From contig JBKEBZ010000048.1 in NCBI GenBank assembly GCA_047973425.1, positions 12,258 through 76,257 of the forward strand: a DNA stretch of 64,000 nt, in the 5' to 3' direction. Both the position numbers and the translations under genes were made by a program. The notes under the pieces are model-generated. The model was not told the DNA's origin. It was given only the letters and a program-made list of their open reading frames with translations, and searched no databases. This document shows positions 39,500 to 52,216 of the stretch, piece after piece; position 1 is the first letter of the stretch; every line of letters begins with the position of its first letter. This DNA comes from Desulfopila sp. Lineage in GTDB: Bacteria; Desulfobacterota; Desulfobulbia; Desulfobulbales; Desulfocapsaceae.

Positions 39500-41337
39500 G
39501 ACCGCAGAAGCTGATCTGGCAGATGTACCCGGCAACGGTTATCGTGATGCTGGTGGCCGTGGTCGCCATCACCTGGTATGGGGCTATCGTTTTCCGGGAA
39601 TTCTTTCTGCAGGAATCCGAACTCGATCTGGAGGCCCGGGCCAGCCTGATCAGGTCAAGGGTTCAGGACTATATAGATGCGGGTAATATCGCCGGGCTGA
39701 GAGCGTTCTGCAAAGAGGCGGGTCGGGAATCGGGCACACGAATAACCATCATCGCCCATGATGGGGTGGTATTGGCCGATTCCAACGAGAATCCGGAGAG
39801 TATGGAAAATCACCACGAACGGCCGGAGATCCTTGCCGCCTACCGGGGAGAACAGGGCCGGATCCTTCGCTACTCCAAGACTCTGGAACAGAAAATGCTC
39901 TATATCGCCCGACCGCTCAACAGTCAGGCGAGGCTGGTTGCCGCCGGCAGCGGTGTGCGGCCGGATGTGCAGACCGTACTCAGGATGTCGGTACCGTTCA
40001 CCTCGCTGGACGAGACCATGCAGCGGTTGCGGCTGAGAGTGATGCTTGGCTGTGTGGTGATCACGGTGGGAGCGGCGCTGCTGACCCTCTTTCTGGTCCG
40101 TAATATCAGTCGCCCTCTGGAGGAAATGACCCGAACGGCGGAGCGGTTCGCCAAGGGCGATTTCAGGCAGCGGATGACGCCATATATGGACCGGACCTCG
40201 TCCTATGAGGTGACCGCCCTGGCCTCGTCCATGGACCAGATGGCGGAGATGCTCGACGAGAAGATCAAGACCATCGTCACCCATCGCAACCAGTTGGAGA
40301 CCGTATTCTCCAGCATGGTGGAGGCAGTGATCGCCATCGACAGCCAGGAGCGGGTGATCAGCATCAATACCGCCGCCGCCGAATTGCTGGGCATCAACCG
40401 GCAGACCGCTCTCGGCAAGGTGGTGCCGGAGATTATCCGCAACAGCCATCTTCAGGAACAGGTGCAGCATATCCTCACCACCATGGCGTCGGTGGAGGAC
40501 GAGATCGTCTTGAAGGAACCGGGTGGCGACAGGTACCTCCAGACCAACGTAGTGACGCTCAACGATGGCAAAGACGAGAGCGTCGGGGTGCTGGTGGTGA
40601 TGAACGATGTCACCAAACTCAGAAAACTCGAGCGGATCCGGAGCGATTTCGTGGGCAATGTCAGTCATGAGCTGCGCACCCCGATCACCTCGATCCAGGG
40701 CTATGTCGAGACCCTGCTCGATGGGGCGCTGGACGAACGGGAGGATGCGGTGCGGTTTTTGGAGATCGTGTTGCGCCAGTCACAACGGCTCAATGCCATT
40801 ATCGACGACCTGCTCGCCTTGTCGCGGATCGAGCAGGAGTCGAGTGAGGGGGCGATCCATATGGAGGAAGGCCTTGTGCGCCGGGTGCTCGAGGCGGCCC
40901 TGCAGACCTCCCAGGTCAAGGCCGATCAACATGGGGTACTCCTCGAGCTGAACTGTCAGAATGCGCTTGTCGCCACCATGAACGAGACCCTGCTCGAGCA
41001 GGCGGTCGTTAACCTGCTGGTCAATGCGATCAAATACAGCAAGGAGGGTGATTCCGTGCTGGTCTGGGCAGCAGTGGTGGCCGATGATGATAGCGGCAGC
41101 TGGGTACAGATTGGGGTCAAAGACAGCGGCTGTGGCATTTCTCCTGAGCATCTGCCGCGCCTCTTCGAACGCTTTTACCGTAGCGACAAGGCCCGCTCCC
41201 GCGAGCTTGGCGGAACAGGTCTCGGTCTGGCCATTGTCAAGCATATTGCCGGCGCCCATCGCGGCCGGATCGATGTCGAGAGCCAGTTGGGGGAAGGGTC
41301 GGAATTTATCCTGACCATTCCTGGCAGGATCTGTTGA
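39496..41337 (+). CDS. phoR: Sensor histidine kinase PhoR (HAMP-PAS-HK)
   Basis: DFVGNVSHELRTP and FERFYRSDKARSR.GGTGLGL motifs. Confidence 0.92.
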   Translation: MRPQKLIWQMYPATVIVMLVAVVAITWYGAIVFREFFLQESELDLEARASLIRSRVQDYIDAGNIAGLRAFCKEAGRESGTRITIIAHDGVVLADSNENPESMENHHERPEILAAYRGEQGRILRYSKTLEQKMLYIARPLNSQARLVAAGSGVRPDVQTVLRMSVPFTSLDETMQRLRLRVMLGCVVITVGAALLTLFLVRNISRPLEEMTRTAERFAKGDFRQRMTPYMDRTSSYEVTALASSMDQMAEMLDEKIKTIVTHRNQLETVFSSMVEAVIAIDSQERVISINTAAAELLGINRQTALGKVVPEIIRNSHLQEQVQHILTTMASVEDEIVLKEPGGDRYLQTNVVTLNDGKDESVGVLVVMNDVTKLRKLERIRSDFVGNVSHELRTPITSIQGYVETLLDGALDEREDAVRFLEIVLRQSQRLNAIIDDLLALSRIEQESSEGAIHMEEGLVRRVLEAALQTSQVKADQHGVLLELNCQNALVATMNETLLEQAVVNLLVNAIKYSKEGDSVLVWAAVVADDDSGSWVQIGVKDSGCGISPEHLPRLFERFYRSDKARSRELGGTGLGLAIVKHIAGAHRGRIDVESQLGEGSEFILTIPGRIC

Positions 41338-41441
41338 AACAGTTCATCTTTTGATCGCAAGGGCCGATATTGGACTTTCTCTCTTTTTTTGTGATATTCT
41401 TTGGGCAGTGCAGAGACGAGGGGCTGGATGGACACGAGGTA

Positions 41442-41582
41442 GTGTCTGTCCAGAAACACGAATTTTTTGTCTCAATCGAGGCGCTCGATAAATTTTACCA
41501 CAGGCATATATTTGATATTCCGAGGATAAAATTTTGAGAGTAACGAAGAGTTAGGCAAAAAAGGCCGTTTCTGGATGGACAC
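41442..41582 (+). mobile_element. MITE family C (141 bp)
   Basis: TIR GTGTCTGTCCAGAAAC/GTTTCTGGATGGACAC; 6-bp TSD GAGGTA. Confidence 0.85.
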
Positions 41583-41601
41583 GAGGTAACAGCGTGGTAG
41601 G

Positions 41602-42810
41602 ATGGGGCCGCCGATGAAGGGTCACAGTGGAGAATTGTCTTCGAAAACGACGATTTCTGGCAAGGAACTCGTCCCGGATGCGTTGATCGGCAGGGTGTTC
41701 GACAGTTTCGACAGTACGGTGCTGGTCGCGGATATCGAGACCAATGAGATACTCTATGCCAACACCTATCTCAAACGGATCTGCGGCTTCGACCCGACCG
41801 GATACGACTGTCGCGACCTGATCCACCAGATCCAGGGCGAATGCAACAGCTTTTGCGTTAACAGCCGGCTCTTAGGCAGTGACGGCAAGCCTGCTGGCGC
41901 GGTCAGCTGCCAGTATCAAAACAGGTTTGATAACCGGTGGTATGGGGTCAAGGCGCAGGCGCTGGAGTGGGCCTCAGGGCGTTATGTACGCTTTGAGATC
42001 GGCCAGGATATCACCGAGTCCAGACGGTTGCGGGGACAGTTGCGCGAGGCCAGGCAGCAGGCCAGAAACGCCGTGGAGACCAAAAACAGGTTCGTGGCCC
42101 TGGTGGCCCATGATCTGAAGTCGCCCATCGTCTCGATTCTGGGGATGTTAAAGCGCATTCTGAAAAAAGAGGCCTTCCGCCACGATATCCATCGCAAATT
42201 TCTCGAAAGCATCATCGTCAATGGCCAGCGGATGATGAAGATGATCGACAATCTGCTGGGAATGGACAGGCTGCAGACCGGCAGGATAAAACCTGAGCCG
42301 AGTCTGTTCGATCTGGCAGAGATGATCAACGAGGTGTTTGACAGCTTTACCCACCTGGCCCAGAGGAAGCGGTTATCGCTTGTCAACCAGATCCCTGCCG
42401 CAACCGGAATCTATGCCGATCCGGAACTGTTCAAGGTGGTGCTCAACAATCTCCTCTCCAATGCGGTGAAATTCAGTTACGCCGGTGGCCGGATAACCGT
42501 CTCCTATGAGGCGAACAGCTCTCATACCAGGTTGATTGTCCGGGATGGGGGCTGTGGAATGCCCCAGGACTATCTCAAAGACATCTTCCGAGCGGACGTG
42601 AAAACGACCTTGCCCGGCACCGGAGGGGAGATCGGTTCGGGATTTGGTCTGGTGTTCTGTCAGCAGATCATGGAGGCCCATGGGGGCTCGATCAGCCTGG
42701 AATCCGTCGAAGGGGCTGGTTCGACCTTTTACGTGGAGCTCTGTTCCTGTTGCGAGTTGCCCGAGTCCGTTCCCCTGCCGCCATTCGTCTGCAGATCCTC
42801 GGAACGGTAA
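41602..42810 (+). CDS. Cytoplasmic PAS-like sensor histidine kinase
   Basis: AHDLKSP H-box, NLLSNAVKFS, GSGFGL; no TM. Confidence 0.88.
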   Translation: MGPPMKGHSGELSSKTTISGKELVPDALIGRVFDSFDSTVLVADIETNEILYANTYLKRICGFDPTGYDCRDLIHQIQGECNSFCVNSRLLGSDGKPAGAVSCQYQNRFDNRWYGVKAQALEWASGRYVRFEIGQDITESRRLRGQLREARQQARNAVETKNRFVALVAHDLKSPIVSILGMLKRILKKEAFRHDIHRKFLESIIVNGQRMMKMIDNLLGMDRLQTGRIKPEPSLFDLAEMINEVFDSFTHLAQRKRLSLVNQIPAATGIYADPELFKVVLNNLLSNAVKFSYAGGRITVSYEANSSHTRLIVRDGGCGMPQDYLKDIFRADVKTTLPGTGGEIGSGFGLVFCQQIMEAHGGSISLESVEGAGSTFYVELCSCCELPESVPLPPFVCRSSER

Positions 42811-44225
42811 AGAAGGGTGTCCATCACCTCCCGGGTGGTATCGCCGCCCTGGGTATCCGGCAGTCCGCTCCCCAGGATCGCTTCGGCGATCTGGCGATGA
42901 TCGGTCGCAAGCGCCGGTCCGGCTGGAAAGAGGCGACCGGTGGTGGTGGAGACGTGCAGCAGCCTTGCCTGTATCAGGGTTTCTTCCACTTCGTCAAGCA
43001 GCGCCTTGGGGTAGTTGCGCTCCAGCACCTCGAGGTCCGCCTGAACCAGAGAGTGATTGTGATCAAACGATTTCTGGGCCATTGCCATGATGTCAAAGGC
43101 CGCACTCAGACGCAGGGCCGGCTCGGGCGGTGCCGGCTGCAGCCGGTAGTTGTCGAGGTGCTGGCAGGCGTAAGCGACCTGGGCCCCCACCAGGACGAAC
43201 AGCCAGCCGAGATAGATCCAGACCAGAAAGAGGGGCAGGGTGGCAAAGGAACCGTAGATGGCGTTGTAGTTGGAGACCCCGATCTGCAGGCGGATATAGA
43301 CGTTCTGGACCATAAACCAGAGGATGGCCGCAAAGATCGCGCCGCTGAGAGCGGGTAACGTTTTGACCATGATGTTGGGGAAAAAGACATAAATGATATA
43401 AAACGTTACGGTGATGGCGACCACCGGTACGAGTTTTAAAACGAGTGTCTGCATCCAGGGAAAGGGGATGAAGAGCTGGGCGTGGGCGGAGAGGGTGGGG
43501 CTGGTCAGAAAGGCGGAGGCGGCCAGGGCGACGTTGATCGAGATGGGCATCAGCACGATCAGGGTGATGTAGTCGGAGACCTTACGGGCGATAGAGCGAC
43601 TCTTTTCGACATGCCAGATCGCGTTCAACGCCAGTTCGATATTGCCGAACACCAGAATGATACTGACAAAGATACCGGCGACGCCGAACGAGCCAAGAGT
43701 GGCGAAATTGGTTTTATCGACGTAATCAAACAGCATGTCGATGGCGTCGTGAAGATGGGAGGTCAGGCTGTCGGCAAGCGGGTCTCTGGGGTCGCTCTCC
43801 TCCGGGGGCGTCGGATCGTCTTCCATCAGAGCGACGGGATTGTCGCCCATCAGATCGGCGGGGCTGTTCTGCACCAGATCGGCCGGATTGTTATCAAAAA
43901 AAATGTCGGTGGGGCTCTGCTCGAGACTGGCGATATAGCTGTAGGCCAGATTACGGAGTTGATCGCTGCCGCCAAGCCCCTTGATCACCGCGGTACTCAT
44001 CGCCAGAATGGGTACCAGGGAGAGGAGGATGGTGTAGGTCAGGGCCGCTGAGCGCAGGGGCAGATCGTTTTTGCCGAACTCCCGCCAGGTGATGAGCAGC
44101 AGCCGGACCAGGGCATGGATGAGACGTACGGGCAATGGACGCCTGTGCGCCGGGCTATCCGCCCAGGCGAGGATGCGGCTGGAGGTGGACACGGGAGCGG
44201 TGGGGTGCGACGATGTGCGAGCCAT
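42729..44225 (-). CDS. YihY/BrkB-family membrane protein
   Basis: SAALTYTILLSLVP and YNAIYGSFATLPLFLVWIYLGW motifs. Confidence 0.88.
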   Translation of the reverse strand: MARTSSHPTAPVSTSSRILAWADSPAHRRPLPVRLIHALVRLLLITWREFGKNDLPLRSAALTYTILLSLVPILAMSTAVIKGLGGSDQLRNLAYSYIASLEQSPTDIFFDNNPADLVQNSPADLMGDNPVALMEDDPTPPEESDPRDPLADSLTSHLHDAIDMLFDYVDKTNFATLGSFGVAGIFVSIILVFGNIELALNAIWHVEKSRSIARKVSDYITLIVLMPISINVALAASAFLTSPTLSAHAQLFIPFPWMQTLVLKLVPVVAITVTFYIIYVFFPNIMVKTLPALSGAIFAAILWFMVQNVYIRLQIGVSNYNAIYGSFATLPLFLVWIYLGWLFVLVGAQVAYACQHLDNYRLQPAPPEPALRLSAAFDIMAMAQKSFDHNHSLVQADLEVLERNYPKALLDEVEETLIQARLLHVSTTTGRLFPAGPALATDHRQIAEAILGSGLPDTQGGDTTREVMDTLLYRSEDLQTNGGRGTDSGNSQQEQSST

Positions 44226-44231
44226 GACCTC

Positions 44232-46387
<2,156 letters not shown>

Positions 46388-46388
<1 letters not shown>

Positions 46389-47320
46389 CAGTTCCCCTCA
46401 CCCGCATAGAGATCCCTGGCCTTGGCCATCTCTTCAGGAAAATCCTCGAGGAGCACCATGTATTCGTCATTGTTTTGCCGGATGTGCTCGATCAAGGTTG
46501 GCGAGATCTCGCTGGTGAATTCTGGTAGAGGGGTGTAGCCTATCTGGGCGGTGAGATATTCGGCCATCTGCAGAATACCGGTGAGGCTCTGAGGGACGAT
46601 GTCGTCTGTTATGGTGTGGTGATTGCCGATCGCTTCCTGAATGGGGTCTGGCATATTCCAGTTTCGGGTCAACAGTGCGCCCACCTGGCAGTGATCGGTG
46701 GCAAAGAGCCTGCTCTCCGCGGCCATCATTTCGCCTGAGCTCCTGGCGTTTCTGCAGACTGTAAGAAAGGTGGACGGGGCGACCTGCTCTTCGATAATGA
46801 GGCTGAAATCGTGAAGTATACCAGTTAAGTACGCATCTTCTCCATCGAGGGCGAAAATACGTTCGGCCACCATCTTGCTGCAGATGGCCACCGCGGCGCA
46901 GTGCAGCCACAGCTGTTTTCTGGAAAAGACGGTGGCGTTGCCGTTATCTCGAAAGAAGGGTTGTATCGCCTGGGTTACCGCGATGGCATGCAGATTTTTC
47001 ATCCCGAGATAGGCGATGGCGCGGGCAATGGAGTCCACCCGGTGGACCAGTCCGTAGAAGGGGCTGTTGATCAGCTTTAACAACCGGGCCACCAGGACCG
47101 GGTCGATCTTGATAATCTCTTCGAATTCCTTCATGGTGGCGTCACGGTCCACCATCAGGGCAGAGAGTCTGCTGACCACATGGGGCAGGGTCTGGGTGGC
47201 GCTGAACCGGGCAATGAGGGTGGCGGCTGGCATTTCTCTGGCAGTTGATGAAGGTTGGCCTTGCGGCAATTGGTCAGGCGGCATGATTCGGGCACCAGAG
47301 GTCGGTTCAGGCGACGCCAT
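46388..47320 (-). CDS. HDOD-domain protein
   Basis: [17 protein letters not shown] and GILHD motifs; start uncertain. Confidence 0.88.
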
Positions 47321-47413
47321 TCTTTTGAGAGTTTTGCCAATGCATATAAAGAATTTAGTTCATCGGCAAAAACTTGGGATCTGATGCGTCTGAACTGATG
47401 AGAAATCTGGGCT

Positions 47414-47452
47414 ACCCAGCATGGCTGGACCATAGGGTCGCAGCCACAACGG
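47414..47452 (-). repeat. Family B element, truncated
   Basis: CCAGCATGGCTGGACC...CAGCCACAACG. Confidence 0.65.
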
Positions 47453-47655
47453 TCGAGGGTGTTCTGATAACTATAGCAGAAATTTCTTGCAGTTGAAGAA
47501 AGAGAAGAGAAATTCTCACTTCTTTTTGAGAAGAGTGTGCCGGTTGGCGGGCTAAAGAGAGCCCAAACGGAGATGGCGGGCCTGGGGCAGGAAGCAATAA
47601 GCGGTCAGGCACCCCTGGTGCTCGAGGAGAGGGGGCCTTGAACAGATTGATCCTT

Positions 47656-47694
47656 CAATCATTTCGAAGTACCTTTAGCATCTCGAAATGATTG
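47656..47694. terminator. 12-bp stem downstream of the lytic transglycosylase gene
   Basis: CAATCATTTCGA-N15-TCGAAATGATTG; no clear U-tract. Confidence 0.35.
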
Positions 47695-47738
47695 GGAAGT
47701 TGCGCGCCTTGAATATGAAGATTGTTGCGGAACCATCA

Positions 47739-49196
47739 TCAATTGGCACTGATATACTCGATTTTACTGGTCTCAGCCGAGAGAACCAGGGGTTCGCTGG
47801 CAGGGGGGGAGCTCTTGGTGTTGGTACTGGATCTGTGCCGCTTGGCCTCGGCCGCGGAAAGTGAACGTACCGATGAAGAGGTCCTGCTGGCGGTCTCTGG
47901 AGGGATGCGCAATCGTTGGCCGATACGCACCTTGGCGTCATGGCGGAGCCCGTTGGCGGCGGCCAGGGTTCTCACCTTTATCTGGTATTTGGCGGCAATC
48001 TGGGTCAGGGTCTCGCCAGGGCGAACCAGATGGTACTTGCCCCTGGTCTGTTCCCTCTGAAAATAGGCGTCAGGAACCCTGGCGATGAGCGCATTGATGT
48101 GTCGGGTCGCCGGCAGCCGGAGATGATAGCCGGCGGGCAACAGCTTTTCTCCTCGATAGACCGGGGGGCGAATGGCTGGATTGAGCTCGTCGATCATGGC
48201 GTCGGTGACGCCGAAGTGGCGCTTGACATTTCTGAGGTGGATATAACTTGGCAGCCGATATTCGACAAAATCCACTGGCCGGTCGAGTCTGACCTGTCGG
48301 GAAGCCTCCAGCTTTTTGGCCACATGAATGGCCGCCAGAAATTCCGCATAGAAGTTTTGTGAGGCAAAGCCGAAGTTGCCTTCGCGGTACTCTAGAAAAA
48401 TACGTTCGTACGATCCCTTGGCCGTCTTGGCTCGAACCATTCCGGCAGTACCGTAATTGTAGGCCGTCAACGCCAGGGGCCAACTTCCCAGTTTCTGGTA
48501 ACCGTCACGCAGATAGCGGGCCGCTGCCCGGGCGGCGATATACGGGTCGCTGCGCTCATCGACCGCATCGTCGATGCGCATATACTGTTTGCCGGTGCCG
48601 AGAGTGAATTGCCACATGCCAGAGGCCCCGGCCTTGCTGTAGGCCTTGATGTTAAACGACGATTCCACATGAGGGAGATAGGCCAGTTCGCTAGGGAGAC
48701 CGTGTTCCTTGAAAATGGCGCGAATGGTGGGGAGGTAACGGCCAGAACGCACGACCCCTTCGAGAAAGCGCTCCTTCTGGCCCTTCTGGGTGCGCACGGA
48801 TTGGGCTGCCTTCGCCATGCGACCCCGGCTATCCCGCCCCTTGTACATCGAGGCGATCCGTTTTTCCTCGACGGTGGCAGGGCGCTTGCCATCGGCCAGA
48901 TCCTGCAGTATTCTTTGGTACTTTGTCGTGGCGAAACTGATCATGGTCGAGTTGATCTGGGATGCAGCCGGCAGATCTTTATCCACTAACTGTACGGTTT
49001 CATAAATCTTTGTTACATCGTTTTTGTCATGAACGACAATCGTGTTGATGGAATAGGTGGAGTAGATCTTTTCCCAGAAGGCGACGTTGGCAGTAATGGC
49101 CGGATAGTGGGGGAAATGATCCGCAGCCAGCGCGGGAGCCGTGGCGAGACAGGTTGACAGAAGGGCGAGAAACGAGAGAATCTTCGGCAGCATCAT
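47739..49196 (-). CDS. MltD-like lytic murein transglycosylase with LysM domain
   Basis: LPHVESSF, GASGMWQF, ALTAYNYG; C-terminal HLVRPGETLTQIA LysM. Confidence 0.88.
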   Translation of the reverse strand: MMLPKILSFLALLSTCLATAPALAADHFPHYPAITANVAFWEKIYSTYSINTIVVHDKNDVTKIYETVQLVDKDLPAASQINSTMISFATTKYQRILQDLADGKRPATVEEKRIASMYKGRDSRGRMAKAAQSVRTQKGQKERFLEGVVRSGRYLPTIRAIFKEHGLPSELAYLPHVESSFNIKAYSKAGASGMWQFTLGTGKQYMRIDDAVDERSDPYIAARAAARYLRDGYQKLGSWPLALTAYNYGTAGMVRAKTAKGSYERIFLEYREGNFGFASQNFYAEFLAAIHVAKKLEASRQVRLDRPVDFVEYRLPSYIHLRNVKRHFGVTDAMIDELNPAIRPPVYRGEKLLPAGYHLRLPATRHINALIARVPDAYFQREQTRGKYHLVRPGETLTQIAAKYQIKVRTLAAANGLRHDAKVRIGQRLRIPPETASRTSSSVRSLSAAEAKRHRSSTNTKSSPPASEPLVLSAETSKIEYISAN

Positions 49197-49413
49197 TGAA
49201 CAAATACCAATAGGGCGGTTGTCAGTGTTCATAGGCGAACGTTCAGTACCAGGGATGAAGCGGTATCAACACGCTGAAAGGGCTCAACTCATCGACATGA
49301 TATCAGTATATTCGTCACGGGGCGAATGGCCAGGAGAATTGCTCTTTCATCGCAAATACCGTCTCCTGCGGCGGATTGCCATACTGCTGCATCTCTGTCT
49401 GGCCATGAGCTGA

Positions 49414-49557
49414 GCGCCCATCCAGAAACGGCCTTTTTTTCGCCTGATTCTTCGTTGCTCTTAAAATTTTATCCTCGGAATATAAAATATATGCCTGTGG
49501 TAAAATGTATCGACCGTCTCGATTCAAACAAAAAAAATCGTATTGCTGGATTGGCGC
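49414..49557 (-). mobile_element. MITE family C (diverged, no clear TSD)
   Basis: Reverse-complement homologue of 41442-41582. Confidence 0.75.
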
Positions 49558-49689
49558 TGGCCTAGGGAGGGTGAATCCTCTTTCATTAAGCTAGAATTAT
49601 AGCATGATTTCCGCCCTGGCTGCACGGGTTTTCCGGGTCGAACGAGCGAATGTGAAAAATAATATCATCTGAAAAAAAGGGAGTTTTTC

Positions 49690-50175
49690 GTGTATGCGCC
49701 GATAATTGGGACGCTTGGTTTTGTTTTGTCCCCCGATAGAAAGAAGACGCTTCTGGTCCATCGAAACAAGAGGGCGAGCGATCAGCATCTGGGAAAATTC
49801 AATGGCTTGGGCGGGAAAATGGAGTCAGATGAGGATGTTCTTGGCTGCCTGGTCCGAGAGCTGAGGGAAGAGGCGGGTATCGTCTGCGTCGACACGGTGC
49901 TGCGGGGAATCATCAACTGGACAGGATTTGGTCCCGAGGGGGAAGACTGGCTCGGATTTATCTTTCGGATCGATCGGTTTACCGGTACTCCGCATACAAC
50001 CAATGAAGAGGGTGATTTGAGCTGGGTCGAACTCGAGCGGTTGCCGGAATTGCCGATGTGGGAGGGAGACAGACACTTTCTTCCCCTGGTTTTCGATGCT
50101 GATCCTCGGATATTTCATGGCTATATGCCATATGACAATGCCAGACCACTTTCCTGGCAGTATACCCGGGTGTAG
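49690..50175 (+). CDS. Nudix hydrolase (8-oxo-dGTP diphosphatase-like)
   Basis: GGKMESDE...RELREEAG Nudix box; MWEGD. Confidence 0.88.
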   Translation: MYAPIIGTLGFVLSPDRKKTLLVHRNKRASDQHLGKFNGLGGKMESDEDVLGCLVRELREEAGIVCVDTVLRGIINWTGFGPEGEDWLGFIFRIDRFTGTPHTTNEEGDLSWVELERLPELPMWEGDRHFLPLVFDADPRIFHGYMPYDNARPLSWQYTRV

Positions 50176-50456
50176 GATGCATAAACGCCGTAAATGCCCG
50201 TCGGATTTGCTGTTTGGTAGAGAAGATTCTCGCTTGCGGAAGATGTGGTGCATGGTATAGTCAGCGCAATTTGCCGGGCTGAATCAGAGCAAGAGGGTTG
50301 TTTGCGGAGATGTTGGCAGCCCATGATGCAGGTGTTGCTGAAGAGAGAATATGGGCGTACGATAGCGCCGTCGTGATCTGGGGAAAAAGGGAAAGTGCGG
50401 GGCTCAAAACGGCGGGTTGTTGACAATACTCTAGAGTTTGCAATATGGGAGTGAAT

Positions 50457-50822
50457 ATGAATAATGAGAATGAACTGAGACGTCTTGAGGGCTTCGTGGC
50501 AAAATTGTTGAAGAGTTTCCAGGAGCTAAAGGATCAGCATGGTCGATTGCAAGGTGAGTTGCGAGACAGAGAGGCGACGATAGCTGACCTCCGGGCGCAA
50601 TTGGCGGAAAACGATGTGGAGCGTAACGTCATCAGTAACCGGGTTGGCAGTATTATCGAGCAGATTGAAGAGTGGGAGAGCGCCCTGACAGAGGATGGCC
50701 AAGGTGAATATCATGAGGTCGGTGACCCCAGTCGTCAGGGCAGCCTGTTCATCACAACCGGGGATGAAGGTGGGGATAACGATCTGGAAGAACAGGCGGA
50801 TCATGAAGGGTACCGGGAATAA
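50457..50822 (+). CDS. ZapB-like coiled-coil cell division protein
   Basis: Coiled coil with acidic tail, directly upstream of zapA. Confidence 0.65.
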   Translation: MNNENELRRLEGFVAKLLKSFQELKDQHGRLQGELRDREATIADLRAQLAENDVERNVISNRVGSIIEQIEEWESALTEDGQGEYHEVGDPSRQGSLFITTGDEGGDNDLEEQADHEGYRE

Positions 50823-50860
50823 TTCGTCATCGTTTGGGACCCGTCGCCAAAGGGAATGTG

Positions 50861-51160
50861 ATGTCGGAGCCTGAACGCCTGGTCAGGTTTACCCTTCTCG
50901 GGCAGGAATTTCAGTTCTATACCGCTGCCGGGGAAAGGGAAGTGGATGCGATCCTGTCCCTGGTCCGGGAAGAGGTGGAGGGCAGTGGAGGGGCGCGGCG
51001 CGGCAATCTGCCTGCTGGCAAACTGGCGATTATGGCGTGCCTCAATGTTGCCTCAAAGTATGTCCTGTTAGAACAGGAGTTTGAGAGATATAAGGCCGAC
51101 AACGCCACCAGGGTTGCCCAGCTGAGTGAAGAGATACGGTCGACCCTGGCCACGGACTGA
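50861..51160 (+). CDS. zapA: Cell division protein ZapA
   Basis: FTLLGQEF...KLAIMACLNVA pattern; zapA-ssrS-rny synteny. Confidence 0.8.
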   Translation: MSEPERLVRFTLLGQEFQFYTAAGEREVDAILSLVREEVEGSGGARRGNLPAGKLAIMACLNVASKYVLLEQEFERYKADNATRVAQLSEEIRSTLATD

Positions 51161-51283
51161 TACATCGTTGTATATTTTGTTTTCGTTTACCGGAAAGTTT
51201 GCTATAGTGGACCTGTAGTGAAAATTTGAAAAAATGCAGAAAATAGAAGGGCTCTACCGCTCAAGGAAGTGGAGTCCGTGAGA

Positions 51284-51454
51284 TTTCCCTGCGCTGTTGG
51301 TGATTTGCAGAGTGTGTTGAGCCAACTCCCAAAAAAAGGGCGCCTCTGCTGTTCGATCAAGGAAAATCCCGAGGGAATTTCCTGAAGCGTGCATGAGCTA
51401 TGCCCACCTAATTTATTAGGTTTAACTGACCTGCCAACACGGCAGTGCGGGGAA
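51284..51454 (+). ncRNA. ssrS: 6S RNA
   Basis: About 170 nt; ends pair (TTCCCTGCGCTG/CAGTGCGGGGAA); TTGAGCCAAC, GTGCAT and CCCACCT blocks; directly after zapA. Confidence 0.85.
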
Positions 51455-52216
51455 GTTAATGTGTCAGAGCGAATACGCAGTCGTTCGTTCTGTTTATATA
51501 TTGCTGGTTTCGCAAGTAGTGGCAATGTCAACGGTTCGCCGGAAGATTTGCTAGCCGGTGGCGCTGGTCGCCGTCGAAGACGCTCTGCGGTTTCAGCATA
51601 TATCCGGGTCCATTCGCCCGTACATCTGGTCCGAATCCCGGTGCAATCAGAGAAGACTGGGTGCAGCAGGAATGCTGTTTGAAGGGTAGGGAAACGACAA
51701 AAAGCAGGTCAGCTTTTTCAGATAGGTAGTATGCGTATCGGTAGCCGCTGGTACGAAATGAAAAGCCGGTTGTGCGACAAGCAGAGTCGTCGGCAACGAG
51801 CCCGCGGAATCGTCGATCGCGCCTGCAAGGCAGCGACGGATTGTGTGCGGGAGGGATATCCCAGATGGGGTGCTGTATGGGCCTGACGACCAGAGACCAC
51901 GGTCGTCAGGCCCATGGACCGCCCCTGCCCGACGGGTCGTCGTGGGCTGATATTTGCCGATCCTTAAAGAAATCTGTAAGGTGCTGACCAGGGTGTGCAC
52001 TGGCCAGGGGATCGTTGTCGTCGTAAGACCATCTGATTGTAAAGCTCGATCTGGATAGTGAAATACGTAGCGATCCTCAGGTGACACTGAGCTTTTCGTT
52101 CTGGCTGTTCAAGTTGCAGAGCGCAGGGCTGGCCCTCGGTCCTTCTTTCGTTTCTCCATTTCCTACGCGTTCATTCCTTCCTGTATTTTCAGTTACTGCA
52201 TTAACAGGAAATTGTC

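Noticed and set aside
51772..52216. Group II intron (GTGCGACAAG resembles a 5' end)
   Set aside because: No domain V (AGC/CGC triad hairpin) or domain VI and no RT ORF found
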